From a virus (taxonomy: Duplodnaviria; Caudoviricetes), in IMG/VR virus record IMGVR_UViG_3300037507_002920, positions 1-64,000 of that record: a stretch of 64,000 bases of DNA; one strand, written 5' to 3'. The notes below the pieces were generated by a model that did no database searches, was not told the DNA's origin, and saw nothing but the letters and a program-made list of their open reading frames with translations. A program made the translations under genes and the position numbers. The number at the start of each line of letters is the position of its first letter. Position 1 is the stretch's first letter. This document shows, one piece after another, positions 59,406 through 64,000 of this stretch.

Positions 59406-61811
59406 TTAGTTTTCTCTTCTTTCATTTGGTTGATAGTGTTTAATTCTATCATGCCAAATTGGTGATGCCAATAACACCGCCGGTTTTAGTTTATTTTCTT
59501 TTGTCAATTGATACATATACGACATCCAAGTTTGTTCAAATGGGTGAGCCCAAGTTGTTTCAATAAACATTTTATAATTACCTTCTTTACTTACAATCAT
59601 CGGCCAGTTTGCATAATAAATTTCACCATCAATGTAAGATAACCCATCCATACTTCTAATATTTTTGAAATTAGTTAGGGGTACATTTGGGTCTAAACCT
59701 GTTACAGGTAGTTTATCGTAATGTGGCCAATCTCTTGTTCTAATATTTTGTGGGACATTGTACCAAGAACATTGTTTATCGTTATCAAAATAAACTTCAG
59801 TAAACGATAATTTAAGAAAATCAAATTTTTCTTTTAACATTATTCTGTGCACTAAATTGTAGAGATTTGGTATGTATTTTCTAAATCCATTTCTACAAAA
59901 TTGTCCTTCTAATTCGGGTGGATTAACTGTCATATCATCTTCAAAGAAAAACATGAAGTCAGCATCTGAATTATGAAAATGTTCTGCAGCTGATTGTCTA
60001 CCACCACATATACCCGTATTACCCTCTAAACTAATGTATTCAAAATTATACTCTTCGGCAATTTTTCTATTTTCACTTCTAACCTCTTCAGTTGTTGAAT
60101 TATCTAATAAAACTAAATGAGGTTTAGTTAACCACTCTGATGTCTTTTTCATCGACTCTATGGTATGCAATACTTGTTCAGGAAAATTAAAAGTTAAAAT
60201 GTATAAATTTGTTTTAACTTTCTCAACGTCTCTATCTGTATATTTAATAAAATTTTTAGAAATCGATGGTAGTTTTGTTTCGATAATTTTAATATTATTA
60301 TCTATTATCGCTTGTGTAAATTTCACAATCAATCCATTACCGTCTAATTCAAATCTTTTGTAAATGTGGGGTTCTAAATAGGACATTAAAGTAAATATAC
60401 TTTCTTCCGTACCCATATATCCCGTATTTAGTGTGTTCGTTAATAATGAGTAGTATGTTGCATTCGCTTCGTTTATTTGTTGTTTATGTCCACCAAATAA
60501 GCCACCTCTACATACATATTCGACTTTGGTTCCCGCGATTTTATTCATTTCACTAAACGTAAATCCATGAATTTCAGTATTAGCCTCATACGGATAACTT
60601 AAGAATAAAAATGGGTTACCGATTTCTGTTAATTTATCTAATACTTTATTTCCAACAAAATGACCATGTGGTACGGTATTAGTAATACCAGCATCTAACC
60701 AAAAGAAATATTCAGTGTTAAAAGGATTCCAAATCGTCGCACTATGTAATAAAAACATTTTTGATTGTACTATCGGATTATAATATTCTAAAACCGCTTG
60801 CGGTGACCCTGACAACCAACCAGCTTGGTCTAACCAATCAGGGTTAGTTCTTATATTTTGAGTTTTATCCCAATGTGGTTTATATATGTCATTTTTTATA
60901 TCATCTAATTCATAAAGTTTAACAAATGTATTTTCTTTAGAACGTTTTTCCCAAACCAAATATTCATATTCTTTAGAAATATAAATAAACATGTTAACAG
61001 GTATATCCAAAAAATTTTTAAAATGTTCTATATAATGGTCAAAATCTCTACCGGGACGATTTATATTCCATAATCCTGTTACTATTGTTAAATCTTTATT
61101 GATTACTTCTATAGTTGGTTTTGATAAATAATTAAATAATTTAGTTTTTTCTTCTTGAGATAAAGATTGTATTTGATTTTTTAATAATATGATATTATCA
61201 ATATCATTAATATCACTAATAATGTAATCATTAAAATTAGAGTTAATAAAACTTTGATATGTTTCTGGTATCGAAGATTGTTGTGTTTCAAGAAAAATAG
61301 TGTTATTATCTCCTTTAACAAATAAACCATAATCAAATCTTAAACAAAATGGTTTATATCCCTCAAAACGTTCAAAAAAATTAATAAATGTTAAATCATC
61401 CTGTAAATGAATTTCATATTCATTTTCAAAGTGGATTCCTTGAGGAGAATTAAATGGGACACCTATAATAACATCGCTACGATTAATTTTATTTAACAAC
61501 AATTTAGCATCTTCTAAGGCTATATGTTCTATAACATCACCAAAAATAATCAAATCATATTCATCGAAATCAATGTCTAATTTAGTTATGTCACCAATTA
61601 TCACTTTTTTATATTTTTCAGTTAAGTTATAATCTTTAACGTAATTAGAAAAAACTTCAACACAATCTAAGTTACTGTACCCTTCATTATGTAACATATC
61701 ATAATATGCACCTGCACCCGCACCTACATCTAAAATTTTAATAGACTTATCGTATTTATTTAATATGTAATCTTTGGTTTGTTGTTTAAAATATCCTGTA
61801 CTAAATGGCAT
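59406..61811 (-). CDS. three-domain fusion: SAM methyltransferase + HtrL/YibB-like glycosyltransferase + GT2-like domain
   Basis: ILDVGAGAG...GDVIEH; TIVTGLWNI...FFWLDAG...GGLFGG...GTEE; LDNS...FFEDD. Confidence 0.7.
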   Translation of the reverse strand: MPFSTGYFKQQTKDYILNKYDKSIKILDVGAGAGAYYDMLHNEGYSNLDCVEVFSNYVKDYNLTEKYKKVIIGDITKLDIDFDEYDLIIFGDVIEHIALEDAKLLLNKINRSDVIIGVPFNSPQGIHFENEYEIHLQDDLTFINFFERFEGYKPFCLRFDYGLFVKGDNNTIFLETQQSSIPETYQSFINSNFNDYIISDINDIDNIILLKNQIQSLSQEEKTKLFNYLSKPTIEVINKDLTIVTGLWNINRPGRDFDHYIEHFKNFLDIPVNMFIYISKEYEYLVWEKRSKENTFVKLYELDDIKNDIYKPHWDKTQNIRTNPDWLDQAGWLSGSPQAVLEYYNPIVQSKMFLLHSATIWNPFNTEYFFWLDAGITNTVPHGHFVGNKVLDKLTEIGNPFLFLSYPYEANTEIHGFTFSEMNKIAGTKVEYVCRGGLFGGHKQQINEANATYYSLLTNTLNTGYMGTEESIFTLMSYLEPHIYKRFELDGNGLIVKFTQAIIDNNIKIIETKLPSISKNFIKYTDRDVEKVKTNLYILTFNFPEQVLHTIESMKKTSEWLTKPHLVLLDNSTTEEVRSENRKIAEEYNFEYISLEGNTGICGGRQSAAEHFHNSDADFMFFFEDDMTVNPPELEGQFCRNGFRKYIPNLYNLVHRIMLKEKFDFLKLSFTEVYFDNDKQCSWYNVPQNIRTRDWPHYDKLPVTGLDPNVPLTNFKNIRSMDGLSYIDGEIYYANWPMIVSKEGNYKMFIETTWAHPFEQTWMSYMYQLTKENKLKPAVLLASPIWHDRIKHYQPNERREN

Positions 61812-61871
61812 AATTTTAATTTTTTGTGATTAATTTATTATAATTTTTAATATTGAGTTTTAATTGAATTT

Positions 61872-62717
61872 TTATATCCATCCCAAATTAATATATTTCA
61901 TATGATTATCATCTATTTGTTTTTGCCTAAATAGATTACATCCTTCAAGACCTTCATGTGTTGTATGTGAAATTACGGGGAATGTTAAAACACCACCTTT
62001 TGATTGCCATTGTTCGATAGTTATCAATTTTTCTTCATGTTCATAATACCTAACTAATTTTTTAATACCCGATTTCCCCATATACGCGGAAACCAAAATA
62101 TCGTCCGCCCAAGAACCACCAAGAAATTCATCAAAAAAATCTTGTTTAAAAAAAGACCTTTTATAAGATATTGTTTTGTAATGTTGTAAAATTTTTACGT
62201 ACACATCTTTATAAACTGAGACAACGAAAGAATCTCTAATATCGTTGAACTCATTGGGGTGCACACACCTACTTCCATCATACCCACAAGCGGTATTTTC
62301 GTAATTTTCTTGGTTTTTAACTTGTTCCTCGACCATTTTTGGGTGATAAACCAAATCATCGTCACAAACTATAATAATTGTATTTTCATTTGAAATTCTT
62401 AACAAAGTTGGGACCAACTTTGTTATTGAACCGTAATCTTCTAAATTTTCAAATATTTTTAACTTAGGAAAATTAGATGAAACATCTCTTAACCATTGAG
62501 GTACAACGTATTTTTCCCCTGTTTGTTTATAAAATGATGGAACATTAAAGTGTATTTCATATTCACCATCGTAATCTTGCTCAATTAATGATTTAATGTT
62601 ACTTTTTAATCCTGTTTCGTGCTCAGCACTTAACCTTGATGGTATTGTTGTCAGCGTAATAACAACTTTTTTTTCTTCCCCAATTATTAATTTTTTTAAT
62701 TTTTCTAAAAAAGACAT
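61872..62717 (-). CDS. glycosyltransferase (GT-A)
   Basis: ITLTTIPSR, DYGSITKL, IIVCDDD, ADDILVS. Confidence 0.7.
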   Translation of the reverse strand: MSFLEKLKKLIIGEEKKVVITLTTIPSRLSAEHETGLKSNIKSLIEQDYDGEYEIHFNVPSFYKQTGEKYVVPQWLRDVSSNFPKLKIFENLEDYGSITKLVPTLLRISNENTIIIVCDDDLVYHPKMVEEQVKNQENYENTACGYDGSRCVHPNEFNDIRDSFVVSVYKDVYVKILQHYKTISYKRSFFKQDFFDEFLGGSWADDILVSAYMGKSGIKKLVRYYEHEEKLITIEQWQSKGGVLTFPVISHTTHEGLEGCNLFRQKQIDDNHMKYINLGWI

Positions 62718-62722
62718 ATTAT

Positions 62723-63568
62723 TTAATTTTCAATATATATTTTATGATTATTTTGTGTAAATTCGTTGTATATTTTTTGGTCCATAAAACCCATGTGATT
62801 ATTCGCTTCTTTTCTATGCTCGTTAAATCCTGAATCGGGAAATGGTAAGGGGTAAAGAATTGGAAACGAATGTGAATTCCTACCATCACTATTAACCATT
62901 CTCCAATCTTTTTCATCATCCCACCTCACGCAAATAATTGGTTTTTGTTTCAATCTAAAATAGTACCCAACTAATATGTCATCATTTGTTGATAACGATA
63001 AAAAATCTTCGTTCAAAAAATCATCATCAAAATAACTTCTTTTATACGATACACTGTGCCAGTGACCTGGTACAATTAATTGTGAATCGTGTTTTACAGG
63101 AAAATAAACGTGAGTTGGACTTAGTGTGTATTTAGTTACACCATCTTCAATCCATTCTCTTTTTTCTATTGGGTTGTCGCCTCTAAAACAAATAATAGTA
63201 TTTTGATGTTCATTTATTTTTTTTACATGATATTCAACCATGTCTTCATGATAATAATGGTCATCATCACACACAATTAAGATATCTTCTGGATTTGTAA
63301 CATAAGACAACGCACCTGTTATCTTAACCACAGGACCGTAATCTTTTTCTATTCTATTAATTATAATTTTATTGTTTATGTTAAAAAAATTTTGTAATTC
63401 TTCCGAAATATTATATTCTCTTGTCCCATTTCTATATTTATAAGGAATATTTAATAATATTTTATATTCTTTATTTGTTTTTTGAAATAATAAAGACTCC
63501 AAATTTTTTTTAAACTCGTTGGTTTGTTCCATTCTTAATGGTACTGTAGTTAGTGAAATATAAATCAT
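62723..63568 (-). CDS. glycosyltransferase (GT-A), paralog of 61872..62717
   Basis: ISLTTVPLR, DYGPVVK, IVCDDD, NDDILVG. Confidence 0.7.
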   Translation of the reverse strand: MIYISLTTVPLRMEQTNEFKKNLESLLFQKTNKEYKILLNIPYKYRNGTREYNISEELQNFFNINNKIIINRIEKDYGPVVKITGALSYVTNPEDILIVCDDDHYYHEDMVEYHVKKINEHQNTIICFRGDNPIEKREWIEDGVTKYTLSPTHVYFPVKHDSQLIVPGHWHSVSYKRSYFDDDFLNEDFLSLSTNDDILVGYYFRLKQKPIICVRWDDEKDWRMVNSDGRNSHSFPILYPLPFPDSGFNEHRKEANNHMGFMDQKIYNEFTQNNHKIYIEN

Positions 63569-63570
63569 AT

Positions 63571-63999
63571 TTATTGTAATTTATTTATTGTATTTATAAA
63601 AGATAAAGAATGGTCAGGTCTATTCCAATCATTTTTTCTATCGTGTTCTGTTGGAAATTCACCCATATCTAATGGAACTTTATTATCATATTTAAATATT
63701 TTTTCAAAAAAATTTCCATTATATGGAACAATATCTTTATTTGTAAAAGTCAATTCCAAAACGTGTGGTAATATAAATTCTATATCATACTCATGATAAA
63801 TTAAACTACCAGCATAATTATTGGCATGTAAATGACAATGATAGAAATACTTATTTAACTTTTCTAAAATTTTAAAAAAATTATTAAAATTTTCTTCTCT
63901 ACCTAATAAATGAAATTCAACAACAATACCCGAAACCAATGTTGATAGTTTTTCAATGTCTGTATTTAAAAAAAAAGAAAATTCATTTTCTTCTATGTC
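63571..63999 (-). CDS. FkbM/Methyltransf_22-like methyltransferase, C-terminal part (starts outside the window)
   Basis: frame open from the window end: DIEENEF...GIVVEFH...HLHANN...LELTF. Confidence 0.6.
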   Translation of the reverse strand, partial: DIEENEFSFFLNTDIEKLSTLVSGIVVEFHLLGREENFNNFFKILEKLNKYFYHCHLHANNYAGSLIYHEYDIEFILPHVLELTFTNKDIVPYNGNFFEKIFKYDNKVPLDMGEFPTEHDRKNDWNRPDHSLSFINTINKLQ

Positions 64000-64000
64000 C

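Overview
A 64-kb, very AT-rich segment of a large T4-like (jumbo) phage genome that uses the standard genetic code. The host is probably a Bacteroidota member, based on TAnnTTTG-type promoters, start regions without Shine-Dalgarno (SD) motifs, a Bacteroidota-type bS21, a tmRNA tag resuming at GGC, and a T9SS cargo domain. Protein genes include the 5' end of a probable DNA polymerase, Thr/Pro/Ser-rich virion proteins, a gp55-like late sigma factor, a baseplate spike, and the head module (major capsid, scaffold, protease, portal, terminase) with rpsU inserted antisense. There are also nucleotide-metabolism genes, Hsp20/ClpC, glycosyltransferases with gmd, and an 8-gene envelope cluster (T9SS cargo, cohesin/dockerin-like, CsgG-like). 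An RNA island holds four tRNAs, an ~800-nt GOLLD-like RNA and tmRNA. The most striking unexplained signal is a pair of intergenic elements 11 kb apart (about 41460-41550 and 52310-52430). They share four ordered sequence blocks and appear to be transcribed on opposite strands. One carries a 13/14-nt match to the Bacteroidota 16S rRNA 3' tail. All family assignments come from motif recognition by eye, with no database searches run.
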